From Candidatus Thorarchaeota archaeon (lineage in GTDB: Archaea > Asgardarchaeota > Thorarchaeia > Thorarchaeales > Thorarchaeaceae), in the NCBI GenBank assembly GCA_019057475.1, contig DXJO01000010.1, forward strand, positions 256,001-320,000: DNA of 64,000 bases, in the 5' to 3' direction. The translations under genes were made by a program, and so were the position numbers. The notes beneath the pieces are model-generated. The model made no database searches and had not been told where the DNA came from. It saw only the letters and a list, made by a program, of their open reading frames with translations. Every line of letters starts with the position of its first letter. Positions within the stretch are counted from its first letter, which is position 1. Below are positions 28,747 to 38,615 of this stretch, piece after piece.

Positions 28747-29415
28747 GTGAACTTGAAGACATTCATAACTCTTGATAACGTGAAACGTAGAGAGTTACCA
28801 GAGAGCCTCCAATCCGACGATAACCGATACCCCGAGTCATTGGTCGAGCACTTCCTTGCACTGTACACAAAACCTGGTGACATTATCCTAGACATGTTCG
28901 TAGGATTCGGAACAACGCTGTTCGTCGCAGAGGAGATGGGGCGCATACCTTACGGTATCGAGTACGATGAGGAGCGATACAAGTATGTGCGCTCACACCT
29001 TGTGAACAAAAAGAACCTAAAACATGGGGATTCTCGAAAGCTCAGCACCTTCAATCTCCCTGAGATCGATTTTTCCATGACATCGCCTCCCTATATGATG
29101 AAAGAGCACGCAGAGAACCCATTGACGGCCTATACGCAACCGGGGACCTATCATCGGTATCTTGACGAACTGCAAGCGGTCTTCACCCAGCTGAAGCCAA
29201 TGCTCAAACGGGATGCGTACGTGATTGTGGAGGTTTCCAACCTTAGAGGAAACGGGGTTACCACGCTCGCTTGGGATGTGGGACGAGCATTGTCGCGAGT
29301 CCTGCGGTTCGAAGGCGAGGTCGTGATTGGCTGGACGGGCGAGGATGAGGGAGAAGGGACTTACGGACACGGATATGACCATAGCTACTGCCTTGTCTTC
29401 ACTAACAATGAATGA
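28747..29415 (+). CDS. Small SAM-dependent amino-methyltransferase (N4-C/N6-A DNA or RNA MTase-like), orphan
   Basis: Motif I ILDMFVGFGTT, then motif IV TSPPY; GGAGG upstream of the GTG. Confidence 0.8.
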   Translation: MNLKTFITLDNVKRRELPESLQSDDNRYPESLVEHFLALYTKPGDIILDMFVGFGTTLFVAEEMGRIPYGIEYDEERYKYVRSHLVNKKNLKHGDSRKLSTFNLPEIDFSMTSPPYMMKEHAENPLTAYTQPGTYHRYLDELQAVFTQLKPMLKRDAYVIVEVSNLRGNGVTTLAWDVGRALSRVLRFEGEVVIGWTGEDEGEGTYGHGYDHSYCLVFTNNE

Positions 29416-29453
29416 CGGAAATCCGGGATAACTCGGACCTATACTTAGCATGC

Positions 29454-29951
29454 CTAACGTCGGCGCCGTCGGTAACCGCTATTGTAACTTCTGTAGCCGC
29501 TGCGGCTATTGTATCCTCCGTAACCACCACGTCTGGAGTCACGGTAGCCGTAGTTTGCATCGCGACGACGCCTGTGCGTTTCAAATTCCTCGACAGACAT
29601 GTCGATTTCCTCGTTGACTTTCTCAACCTCGGTTTTGGCCTCACTAATCTCTCCGTAGCGACCAATCTTCAAACGGAGATTGGACCGAAACAATCCGGTG
29701 TGACCGTTCTTAAGTATGTAACTTTCGCCTACTTTCACTTCTTCGATACTATCGTCCCAAAGCGGGACCGTGACTATGGCCGAGCTATCGCCTACAATGG
29801 CATCCTGTACCTTGTGCGTTTCGTTGTCACGTCTAGAGGAAACCTCTCGTACTTCTCCTTTCCCGATCACCTTGAAGGTAACCGTAACGTTCTTCATTTT
29901 CGGTCGTAATTCCAAAATATTCGTTTCTATTGGTTCTAAACCAGAATTCAT
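29454..29951 (-). CDS. ssb: Single-OB-fold single-stranded DNA-binding protein with Arg/Gly/Tyr-rich tail
   Basis: ILELRPKMKNVTVTFKV...VGDSSAIVTVPLWD...YILKNG...LKIGRYGEI; start chosen at internal Met (29951), uncertain. Confidence 0.8.
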   Translation of the reverse strand: MNSGLEPIETNILELRPKMKNVTVTFKVIGKGEVREVSSRRDNETHKVQDAIVGDSSAIVTVPLWDDSIEEVKVGESYILKNGHTGLFRSNLRLKIGRYGEISEAKTEVEKVNEEIDMSVEEFETHRRRRDANYGYRDSRRGGYGGYNSRSGYRSYNSGYRRRRR

Positions 29952-30435
29952 ACTATCACTTTTCTCTAAATTAGCAGACTTTCGTAAATGACGCATGCTT
30001 CCAAAAGCATCGATTGTTCTCGAAATCTCCGTCTGCTATATGCACACATCATACATTGCTTTTGCAGGATTAATACGAAGACGGTGCATATAAATCATCG
30101 GCGCCAATAGCCCAAAGAAAGGTCGGTTGAATGCACATTTTTTCTAGCGACTAGGATACATCAACCAGTTCAAAGACTAGTTGGTAGGAATAATCAGGAG
30201 TTCTTGATCAAGATTCCCGCGAGTTATCATGAAATCACCAAGAACGGAGCTAATCATCGATTGTTCACGAGCATTTTCTCCGGGCCGGATTGACTTACTA
30301 TTTATATGTCCACACCCCTATGTATAATTGGTAATGATACAATAATGACCCCTCTCGGAGTGTGTTAGCATTTGCTCGTTGTCGATAGCCTGCTTACATT
30401 CGGGTTCCGAGAGAAGGAGAAACGGGAAGTATTCC

Positions 30436-31377
30436 ATGGTACAGCAAGTTGGACATCCGATTAAACAAATGAAGAACGAACGGGTTTGCACCGCCTGTGG
30501 TTGTAGGAACTTTTGCAGAGATCCGATACGTGGCGAGAGCATATGCACTTCTTGTGGTTCTGTTGTTACGGGGCACGAGTTGAACACTGGTCCTGAGTGG
30601 AGAGCATTCACGACCGAGGAGCGGAATGCAAGGTCCAGAACAGGCACACCGCCTATGCTCACAATAGCTGATAAGGGCCTTGCCACAACCATCGGACGTA
30701 GCTACGGAGATGCCGTTAGATATTGCACCAAGGGGCACGGGCGGGCAGCAATCTACAGGATGCGCAAATGGCAAATCCGAAGCTGGACGAACGGCTTGAA
30801 TCTGAGAAACCTGAACGCGGCTTTCATGGAGCTGAATAGGCTCTCGTCTCAGCTTGGTGTCCCATCTAGGATCAAGGAAACAGCAGCATTCATTTACAGG
30901 AGAGCATTAACCAAACGCATCGTTAGAGGTCGAACCATCGATGGCATGGTCGCTGCTTCAATCTATCTCTCTTGTCGTATTCATGAATCTCCAAGGCAGC
31001 TAGACGAAATCGCAGCCCAAGCGAAAGTTGAGAGAAAGAATCTTGGCCGATGTGTGAGACTCATCCTTCGGGGCGCTGACATTCGTACACCTCTACCCTC
31101 AGCAAGGAACTTTGTATCCAGAATCTCTTCAGACTTAAGCCTTGAGGGCAGAACTGTTCAAAAGGCCTTATCCATTATCGCTGGGGCCAAGAAGAAAGGA
31201 ATCACTGTCGGCAAACACCCTAGTGGGATTGCAGGTGCATCAATCTACATTGCAGGAATCGTTGAAGATGATAGACGGACTCAAAGGGAGATAGCTAATG
31301 CATCGAGAGTGACTGAGGTCACTATTCGGAATCGATACAAGGATATGGTCCGGGAACTGGGAATCATATTAGAATGA
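30436..31377 (+). CDS. tfb: Transcription initiation factor IIB (TFB), probably an alternative paralog
   Basis: Zn ribbon CTAC..CTSCG, GPEWRAF B-reader, two cyclin repeats, RRTQREIA...VTEVTIRNRYK; start uncertain; TTTATAT at 30301. Confidence 0.92.
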   Translation: MVQQVGHPIKQMKNERVCTACGCRNFCRDPIRGESICTSCGSVVTGHELNTGPEWRAFTTEERNARSRTGTPPMLTIADKGLATTIGRSYGDAVRYCTKGHGRAAIYRMRKWQIRSWTNGLNLRNLNAAFMELNRLSSQLGVPSRIKETAAFIYRRALTKRIVRGRTIDGMVAASIYLSCRIHESPRQLDEIAAQAKVERKNLGRCVRLILRGADIRTPLPSARNFVSRISSDLSLEGRTVQKALSIIAGAKKKGITVGKHPSGIAGASIYIAGIVEDDRRTQREIANASRVTEVTIRNRYKDMVRELGIILE

Positions 31378-31594
31378 CAGCAAGACTAATGCAGAATGAT
31401 GAGCACGCAACAGTAGACTATCCGTATGACATATATTGAGCATCCACCCTCCAATCGATTCGTCAGCTCCCACTTTCACTCTCTTGGCTTCCTTAGGAAT
31501 GGTAGTTTCGACGAACTGGCGCATGCCCGCATCTTATCGAGCATTCTTCCAACATCTTCCACTCTTCCTGATTCTCGGATGCCAGCTACTCCAG

Positions 31595-33256
31595 TCAATC
31601 CTTGACTCCCCTCATAACATTGGGAGCCAACCCTATTCCCAGCCTTTCAAGTCTCGTTTTCTCATTGATGGGGTCGTTTGTGTCGTGGTCTATAGCAAGA
31701 CACGCGCCACGGATCATGCAAGTCCTTAGCTCTCCTCTAGCAATTGGGTTGTTTTTGAGGTGGGGGGCATCCAAGACTCCAGCCCTGACAGCTCGAACGT
31801 ATGTACTTGGATCTGTCAGAGGGTCTTGGGAGCCCTCGTCACCCAAGGCAGTGATTGCACGAACAAGAAGCCGGGCCTCTCGAACCAGCTCCTCCTGTCT
31901 GTTTCTCACATCTCTGTCTTGGAGAGGATCAGGAGTACCCAACAAGCAGTTGTGTATTACCCGATTCGCAATCTTGCAGCTCTCGATTACATCTTCTGCT
32001 GTGGCCACATGGTCAGCTTCACAGAATCCGACAACGTGGACTATCTGAGGCTTGAGCATCATTCCAGTGTGTATTGATGATGCAAGCTGACCCTTGCCCA
32101 TGTCCATATCTGGAGGATAAGAGAAGAGCCCTGGTCTAACCTGTCTAATCGAAGTGAATCGGTGATCATGTAGTGACTCTATTAGCTCGATTTTGGCAAA
32201 CATCTTGGCCAAATCCATCTTCGGGGAGGTCCCTAGGGGGGTATTGAGCATATACTGTGCAATGTAGCAATGCACGCCCGCAGCCTTGGCGTTGTAGGCC
32301 GCCAGATAAGCCATGGCAACAGCAATTGTGTCATGGGTGCTTCGTAAGCTCCATTGATGTGACTCGTTGACTTCAACAGGGACTCTGTGTCTGGCGTGCC
32401 ATTCGTGATTGCGTTTATTCTCCTCTATCGCATCCTCGAGAGATTTCTTGCTACGACCATCGAGTTCACTATACCATAATAGTGGAGTTGCACACCAAGC
32501 ATTGCTGATGGTATTTTGAAGTAATTGTGCCCATTTCAACAGATCCGTTGTTCCACTATAGCACCTCAGCAGTGGGAAATTCCCCTTTCGAGATGCTTCG
32601 AAGAGTTTCCGTAGATCATCTGCTTTCCGCAGTGGTACGCCGCCATCACCTTCTAGATTCCTATTCATCTCTGACGGTCGGAAAAATGACTCCTGTGCAT
32701 TCTGGTCGGGACCGATTGAGATGACATCCAACACGGACGCGTCTGCAATCTTCCCAACACCGTCGATAGTGTCCTCAAGCGATGGTAAACCAAAGTGATG
32801 ACGAATGATTGGCATCGGACTTTTATTTTCAAACCTTGCCAACAAATCCTGAGGGAACCTTTCCTCCTCTTTCTTTGATGAATGCCCTCTGAGAAAGGCA
32901 AATGAATCTTCATCTGTTGAGAAACCGGTGAATATCTCTTCGAACAGGCCAATTTCTTCGGCAATTGGTTTTGTCTGAGCTGTACAACCCAAGATCCATC
33001 TCTTCTTCTCAAGACCATGTTTTAGTATGGCTATCCTTAGGTCTCTGAATAGGTTCATTGCACTTTCCCTTGTCAATCGATAGCTCACTCCAATGACGTC
33101 AGGATTATGTTTCTTGGTTTCCCTCATGAGTTCTTCAATTGATACTGCTGGACCTAGGAACACTGTATTATGGCCCTCATTCTCCGCAAGTGAGAGGAAT
33201 CGAAACACACCAGCAACGTGGACGCAATTCCCAATCGCAGCCCCCAGAATCTTCAA
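31595..33256 (-). CDS. Cobalamin-binding-domain protein fused to a large probable TIM-barrel domain (putative B12-dependent mutase-like)
   Basis: GNCVHVAG (DxHxxG variant), VFLGPAV, DVIGVSY; TTG start overlaps the upstream TGA. Confidence 0.75.
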   Translation of the reverse strand: MKILGAAIGNCVHVAGVFRFLSLAENEGHNTVFLGPAVSIEELMRETKKHNPDVIGVSYRLTRESAMNLFRDLRIAILKHGLEKKRWILGCTAQTKPIAEEIGLFEEIFTGFSTDEDSFAFLRGHSSKKEEERFPQDLLARFENKSPMPIIRHHFGLPSLEDTIDGVGKIADASVLDVISIGPDQNAQESFFRPSEMNRNLEGDGGVPLRKADDLRKLFEASRKGNFPLLRCYSGTTDLLKWAQLLQNTISNAWCATPLLWYSELDGRSKKSLEDAIEENKRNHEWHARHRVPVEVNESHQWSLRSTHDTIAVAMAYLAAYNAKAAGVHCYIAQYMLNTPLGTSPKMDLAKMFAKIELIESLHDHRFTSIRQVRPGLFSYPPDMDMGKGQLASSIHTGMMLKPQIVHVVGFCEADHVATAEDVIESCKIANRVIHNCLLGTPDPLQDRDVRNRQEELVREARLLVRAITALGDEGSQDPLTDPSTYVRAVRAGVLDAPHLKNNPIARGELRTCMIRGACLAIDHDTNDPINEKTRLERLGIGLAPNVMRGVKD

Positions 33257-34431
33257 GTTTCATCCACTTCTACTTCGTAGAGGTTGTAGCTGCTGGGGAA
33301 AACACTCCATTCTGCGAGTCTAACTCCTAGCTCAACATATTCTGCGACTTCCTGCGGGTTCATTCCCACAAGACCCATGTTTGCAAGGCTTCTCCCAGTG
33401 CGCCGGAAATCACATTCATAGAGCTGGCACGCCATTTCGATTACAGCATCGATAGCTGGTGTTTCAACCCCACAGAGATCACCCAGATTGGATATGGGTA
33501 CAAGCCCGGTGGGAATGTCCTCCAAGACATAGCGGTGTTGAAGCGATCCCGGGCTGCCAACTCCATCGTAAGCATCTATGCTTTGAATACATTCACGTAG
33601 TGAGTTGCCCTCCGCATCATATGTATCTTCCAGCCATTCCAGCAGAGTCATCGGGTATGGCGAGAACTGGCTTGCCACATTGACTCGTTCGGCGTCCATT
33701 CGTTCAATTAGTCGTCCTACGGACTCCGATATCGCGTCATGATAATGGTTGTACCCTCCTCGTCTTGATTCCAATAGTCCTGCGCATAGAATCGTCGGCG
33801 TGGGATGTAGCATTGCTCCCACATTGTTCAGTCCTGTTTCCATTACATCATTGACAAGCTCCAGTGTAAGGGGAAGGTCTCCCAAGCGCTTCAGAAACTT
33901 TTGGTTTGCAGATGCGGGAAACGCACTGACACGCACCAAGTTTTTGATTTTCGACACCTTAACAGAACTAATCCCTGTCGTCCTGGAAACGAAGCTGAAA
34001 GTTTGTGCTTCACCCAAGAGAATATTCTGTGTGTTTGGATATGATTCAATAATGTGAGCAAACTCTAAAGCGCCGCCGGTGCGGCCTGGCATTAAGAGCA
34101 CTAGTTGGCCATCTTCTAGATAGGGCGCCATCTTGTGCGCAAAGAACCCATGTGCCTGGGCAGGTACAGTCACAATCAGTATTTCTCGATTTCTAATGGC
34201 CCTAGCCATATTGCTGGTGACCAGGGGGATCTGAGCATATCCCTCAATGACCCCATAGACATCCAGTCCGCCTCGGTCCATAATTCCCCTGACGTTTTCA
34301 AAAGTGCGATTATATAGAGCGACATCTAAACCGTGGAGAGACATGTAGCCAGCAAGTCCTCTGCCGGCATTTCCTCCACCCAAGATAGCTATCCTTGCGG
34401 TGTTTGTTCTGTTTCCTTTTTTCACCTGCAT
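33253..34431 (-). CDS. NAD/NADP opine (octopine/nopaline) dehydrogenase family protein
   Basis: ILGGGNAG, LMPGRTGGALEF, NVGAMLHP, DAERVNVA, HRYVLEDIPTGLVP. Confidence 0.9.
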   Translation of the reverse strand: MQVKKGNRTNTARIAILGGGNAGRGLAGYMSLHGLDVALYNRTFENVRGIMDRGGLDVYGVIEGYAQIPLVTSNMARAIRNREILIVTVPAQAHGFFAHKMAPYLEDGQLVLLMPGRTGGALEFAHIIESYPNTQNILLGEAQTFSFVSRTTGISSVKVSKIKNLVRVSAFPASANQKFLKRLGDLPLTLELVNDVMETGLNNVGAMLHPTPTILCAGLLESRRGGYNHYHDAISESVGRLIERMDAERVNVASQFSPYPMTLLEWLEDTYDAEGNSLRECIQSIDAYDGVGSPGSLQHRYVLEDIPTGLVPISNLGDLCGVETPAIDAVIEMACQLYECDFRRTGRSLANMGLVGMNPQEVAEYVELGVRLAEWSVFPSSYNLYEVEVDET

Positions 34432-34813
34432 AAGGCACGTTCTCCTGTGCTATACCATGAGATTGGTTGCCAATCGTGATCCCGGCGACAGAGTACACCC
34501 TATAATGGACCAGCTTTGCACTGGCAGACCAATGGGCCAATCGTTTCCCTCTTGAGTCTCAGATATCTTCTCTTCAGAGAGGATTAGGCAGTTGCATATA
34601 TAACTGTGTTCAACTTTTTATGCCTTATAAGGGCCAGATAGGGTTTTTGGCATCCATTTTGGGTCATATAAGGCAATAGAGTCGTAATAAGATGCAAGAA
34701 ACGCTTGTCTCTATCCTCGGACAGAGTGAGGTGCAGGCCAAGACGGGGTAGCGGTGCAACGGTACTGGTTGCCCCGACATCAGCGGGAGCCTACCTATTG
34801 TACGCTACTGAGC

Positions 34814-35560
34814 TCATTTGGTGCAAAGGACAGGAAGAACATCAGGTGCGTTTCGCCACCGATTATTGTAGTCATTCGTTGGACTGCGTGGTGCCTTCTC
34901 GTCGCCCCACCGACCTCGGTAAATCACGAAGTTGGTATCTTCCAGTCGTTTGAGATTTCGGCCGCTATCCCACACAGGACCACCGTCAGATATCTTGTCA
35001 CATAGCACACGAACGGCGCAGAAAGGTCTGCTGCTAGGCGCTGGGTAGTTTGCGTGAGAGCCTAGTGCCACCCATGAGTGAATGTGATGATCATCAAGAG
35101 TAGGAAGTTCCGCCTCAAAGCCGGGAAGGGTTCTGTCGCCAGGTCTTGAACTCAAACGCGCCTCCAAATGATTTGAGAGCAACCAGATTGTAGACGGACC
35201 TTCCTCAAGTTGAGGATAGATTCGTACTTCTACATGCTCCCAGTCGCCAAGATGTTCGCCGCGACCAAATGGAGCGTTCGGAAATCTATTGTATCGATAC
35301 CAGAACCAGTATCGAATCTGGGTGAAGTCTTCATCTTTCCAGGTTTCGAAATAACATGGTGTAGAGGGGTCGAGGGTATTGGGCGATAGGTCCTTAGTGA
35401 AGAGAGCCCAGTCAGAGGAGTATCTGTCAAAGATTTCTTCTGCATCTGATGGGAAACAACAATACTGGCCCTCCTTAGGATGAAAATGCAAGATGGGCGC
35501 AAACTCGCGAACCAGTGATTCAGTTCTATCAGGTTCTTCTGACATATCCCTTCCACCCAA
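34814..35560 (-). CDS. Vps62/NPP1-like domain protein
   Basis: FAPILHFHPKE, IRYWFWYRYN, HLGDWEHVEVRI, VALGSHANY, YRGRWG. Confidence 0.7.
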   Translation of the reverse strand: MGGRDMSEEPDRTESLVREFAPILHFHPKEGQYCCFPSDAEEIFDRYSSDWALFTKDLSPNTLDPSTPCYFETWKDEDFTQIRYWFWYRYNRFPNAPFGRGEHLGDWEHVEVRIYPQLEEGPSTIWLLSNHLEARLSSRPGDRTLPGFEAELPTLDDHHIHSWVALGSHANYPAPSSRPFCAVRVLCDKISDGGPVWDSGRNLKRLEDTNFVIYRGRWGDEKAPRSPTNDYNNRWRNAPDVLPVLCTK

Positions 35561-35618
35561 GTTCAGGTGATATGCTTCAGCTTCGACAGCATTTGAATGG
35601 TTTGACGGAGAGTACCTC

Positions 35619-36791
35619 CTACATGTCGGACGTTTCCTGAATGATAACGCCGCCTGGAGGTCTACCAGTCAACATACTTGGAGTCTGCCCTGTTGCATTT
35701 TCATAATCCTTGGTCATTGAACGAATGAACTCATCCGCATGCTTTGCTTTGACGAGGCTGATGATAGCGCCCCCGAATCCAGCTCCAGTCAATCGACTCC
35801 CTAGCACTCCTTTCTGCCGCTTCGCAAGTTCTACCAACAAGTCAAGTTGCGGGTGTGAAACCGCGTAGAGATCTCTGGAGCTTGCGTGTGATTCATACAT
35901 GAGTTGTCCAAAGTCCTTCAGTCGGCCTTCCCTGAGCATGTCCATGCCTCTTTGGACTCTAATATTCTCCATTGCAACGTGTCGTACTCTACGTGCAAGT
36001 GTTTCCTCAAGCACCGCATCAACTGCACCCAGCTGATCTGGGACTATCTCACTGAGATTCTTGGAATTCCAGCCGGCCTCTGTAAGCTGGGCAAGTGCGC
36101 TCTGACATTCTGTTCTGCGCTCGTTGAGGGCATCATAAGCGGGTCTGGAAACCATGGTATCTGTTACAACTAGTTCGACGTCCGGGCTCAATGGGATGTT
36201 TCCGATTCTAAGGCTTGCACAGTGAATAGCGAGGAGATTCCCAGGCTTGCTGAGTTGAGATGTGAACTGATCCATAAGTCCGCAAGCCACTCCGCAGTAG
36301 AGGCGCTCCGCTTCAAAAGCCAGCATTGCAAGAGCCTTTGGATTCAGCTCAAGCCTGCTGATGTGTGCCACAAGATTCGCGAGGGAAACCTCAAAGGCAG
36401 CTGACGAACCCAGCCCAGAACCTATCGGGACGTCCCCGAATATGACCACTGTTACTCCCCGAATCTTGTGTTTTCTCCTTGAGAATGCCCAGTAGATGCC
36501 CCGTGCGAAGTCTCCCCAGTTTTGAGTGCCAGTAGGTTTCACTACATTCGGATGGAATGTTATCGATTCTCTGAAGTTCATCGACCTTAGATTTACCTCT
36601 TCGGACGGAACCCCCAGTGACCAGACATACCTCTCAATCGTAGATGCCAGTACAAAACCGCCGTTGTAGTCGATATGGTTACCGAGCACCTCCACTCTTC
36701 CCGGTGCTCTAACGAGAACTGGAGGTGGTCCTTTTCCCCCTGTAACGCTGTCTAGTTGGTCAATCATACCTTCCGGTATCTGGACCTTCAT
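35619..36791 (-). CDS. galK: Galactokinase
   Basis: APGRVEVLGNHIDYNGG, VPIGSGLGSSAA, CGLMDQ, GSRLTGAGFGG; ATG overlaps the galT stop (ATGA). Confidence 0.92.
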   Translation of the reverse strand: MKVQIPEGMIDQLDSVTGGKGPPPVLVRAPGRVEVLGNHIDYNGGFVLASTIERYVWSLGVPSEEVNLRSMNFRESITFHPNVVKPTGTQNWGDFARGIYWAFSRRKHKIRGVTVVIFGDVPIGSGLGSSAAFEVSLANLVAHISRLELNPKALAMLAFEAERLYCGVACGLMDQFTSQLSKPGNLLAIHCASLRIGNIPLSPDVELVVTDTMVSRPAYDALNERRTECQSALAQLTEAGWNSKNLSEIVPDQLGAVDAVLEETLARRVRHVAMENIRVQRGMDMLREGRLKDFGQLMYESHASSRDLYAVSHPQLDLLVELAKRQKGVLGSRLTGAGFGGAIISLVKAKHADEFIRSMTKDYENATGQTPSMLTGRPPGGVIIQETSDM

Positions 36792-37738
36792 ACTGCCTCT
36801 CTCAATTCTTTCGCTGACTCCTCGGGCGTGGAGTCGTTCATGTACGTCCATCCGCCAGTTTCGATGCCCCCGAGGTACTTCCTGGTCTTCCTATCCCTCC
36901 AAATGGGATAGAATTCAATGTGGAAATGCCAGTAGGGATGCTCACCAACTGATGGTCGTGTATGAAACGCCATCACATAGGCGTTCTCTTCGAAGAATTT
37001 CGCGTATCGTTTCACAGTATCCTTGATAACTTGTCCCAGCTCTAGGAGCTGGTCTTCTAGCTCAATCAGGCTTGCAACATGCTTCCGTGGGTAGATATGA
37101 ACCTCATAGGGAAGTCGTGCGTAAAATGGTACGAGTGATATGAAGTGCTTTGTCTGCTTTATGATTCTCGGGGACCCTGATTTGAACTCATTCTCCACTG
37201 CTTTGCAGACTATGCAGTTGGACTCACTCTCCCAGAGTTTTCTTGACTGTGCCAACTCTCTCTCGATTCGAGGCGGGAGGAACGGAATCGCCATCACTTG
37301 GCCATGGGCATGGTCCAAGCTGACTCCAATGGCTTGGCCCCTATTCTCGAATTCCAGCACGTATGCAATGCCTTTCAACTTGTCCAGTTCTCTGAACACG
37401 CGAAGGTATTCCTGAAGGATAAGCTGGATTTGCTTGTCATCCATATCTTCGAACTGCTCGGTATGGTCGCGTGAATAGACAATGACCTTGCTAGCACCAT
37501 ATGCGGGGCCATCCATAACTATGCCACTGTCTAGAGGGAACGGAGGAAAATCAGGTGAAAGAGCAGGGAACTTATTGTCAAGAGTGAGCACCTCCCACTC
37601 TCCCTGGGTTTCTGGCTGCCCTGGACAAAATGGACACTCATGGTACTGTTCCTGAAATGGTCTACTGGCTCTCTCCTTGGTCACTATGATCCATTCGCCA
37701 AGCATCGGATTGAATCGTACTCTACTCATAGTTGGCAC
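36788..37738 (-). CDS. galT: Galactose-1-phosphate uridylyltransferase
   Basis: RFNPMLGEW, RASRP, CPFCPG, NKFPAL, FENRGQAIGVSLDHAHGQ. Confidence 0.92.
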   Translation of the reverse strand: MPTMSRVRFNPMLGEWIIVTKERASRPFQEQYHECPFCPGQPETQGEWEVLTLDNKFPALSPDFPPFPLDSGIVMDGPAYGASKVIVYSRDHTEQFEDMDDKQIQLILQEYLRVFRELDKLKGIAYVLEFENRGQAIGVSLDHAHGQVMAIPFLPPRIERELAQSRKLWESESNCIVCKAVENEFKSGSPRIIKQTKHFISLVPFYARLPYEVHIYPRKHVASLIELEDQLLELGQVIKDTVKRYAKFFEENAYVMAFHTRPSVGEHPYWHFHIEFYPIWRDRKTRKYLGGIETGGWTYMNDSTPEESAKELREAV

Positions 37739-37794
37739 ACCACTATGAGCTGGCGGAATAATATCGCAGATTAAGGTGTTACGGAGCGGTCATC

Positions 37795-38613
37795 GTGTAT
37801 TCTATAAGGTGCAGCAGTGAGAATCACGGTGCATTGACGAACGCGGATAGAATTGCAAGCCTGGAGGAGCTGGCTTACAATGCATGGACTGCTTGTTATG
37901 TTGAACAATATGGTCAGTGGTTTCTACGAGCAGACGAAGGCGTAACCAGGCGGGCAAACAGTGTGTTTCCTTTTGGAGCGCCTCCAACAAGCAACCTGCA
38001 GGACGCAGTAGAACACTGCATCGGTTTCTACAAGAAACGTGATATCCTGCCAAGATTCCAAGTAACATCGGCAAGCAAGCCAGACGGATTGGACAAGAGC
38101 CTTGAAGACATTGGCTTCGCGTTTGAGATGAGAACCTACCTGCAAACTGCTCCAATAGAAAAACTCCTTCACTTCGAGCCAACCATCAGAGTAGAAATTC
38201 TGAGGGACCCCGTACCAGTCTGGATTCAAACATATGCGGAGGCAGGAGGATTCGGAAAGCATTCCATGAAAATTCGAGAAGGCATCTTTAGGCGCACCGC
38301 TCTAGACAAGGCCTTTGCCTTGGCCAAAACTGACGAAGATGGTATGGGGGCTGGGCTTGGTGTCTTGGAAGGGGATTGGCTTGGACTATTCGGCATTGAA
38401 ACCCTTCCAAGTCAGCGAAGAAAGGGGGTTGCTATTGCTGTGAACCATGCCCTTGCATCATGGGGCGCCCAGCGAGGCGCCAGAAGAGTGTACCTTCAGG
38501 TGGAGGCTAGCAATGATTCTGCCCTGAAGCTATACAGCAAGATGGGTTTCGAAACGGAGTATCACTACTGGTATCGAACGCTCGGTCTCGACACTGCTGC
38601 TGATTCGCCTTGA
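37795..38613 (+). CDS. GNAT family N-acetyltransferase
   Basis: GVTRRANSV, QRRKGVA, YLQVEASNDSALKLYSKMGF. Confidence 0.88.
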   Translation: MYSIRCSSENHGALTNADRIASLEELAYNAWTACYVEQYGQWFLRADEGVTRRANSVFPFGAPPTSNLQDAVEHCIGFYKKRDILPRFQVTSASKPDGLDKSLEDIGFAFEMRTYLQTAPIEKLLHFEPTIRVEILRDPVPVWIQTYAEAGGFGKHSMKIREGIFRRTALDKAFALAKTDEDGMGAGLGVLEGDWLGLFGIETLPSQRRKGVAIAVNHALASWGAQRGARRVYLQVEASNDSALKLYSKMGFETEYHYWYRTLGLDTAADSP

Positions 38614-38615
38614 AG

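Noticed and set aside
28747-29415. Restriction-modification or defence island
   Set aside because: No nuclease or other defence gene is nearby; the flanks are nadB and ssb.
29412-29909. 165-aa plus-strand ORF, and the many other 60-180-aa antisense ORFs in the track
   Set aside because: They are shadows of well-supported genes on the opposite strand and show no recognisable motifs.
34432-34610. Possible cobalamin riboswitch in the long leader of the opine-DH/B12 operon
   Set aside because: Only a small hairpin (GATTGG-CAA-CCAATC) is visible and I could not find the B12-box consensus. An Infernal/Rfam scan would settle it.
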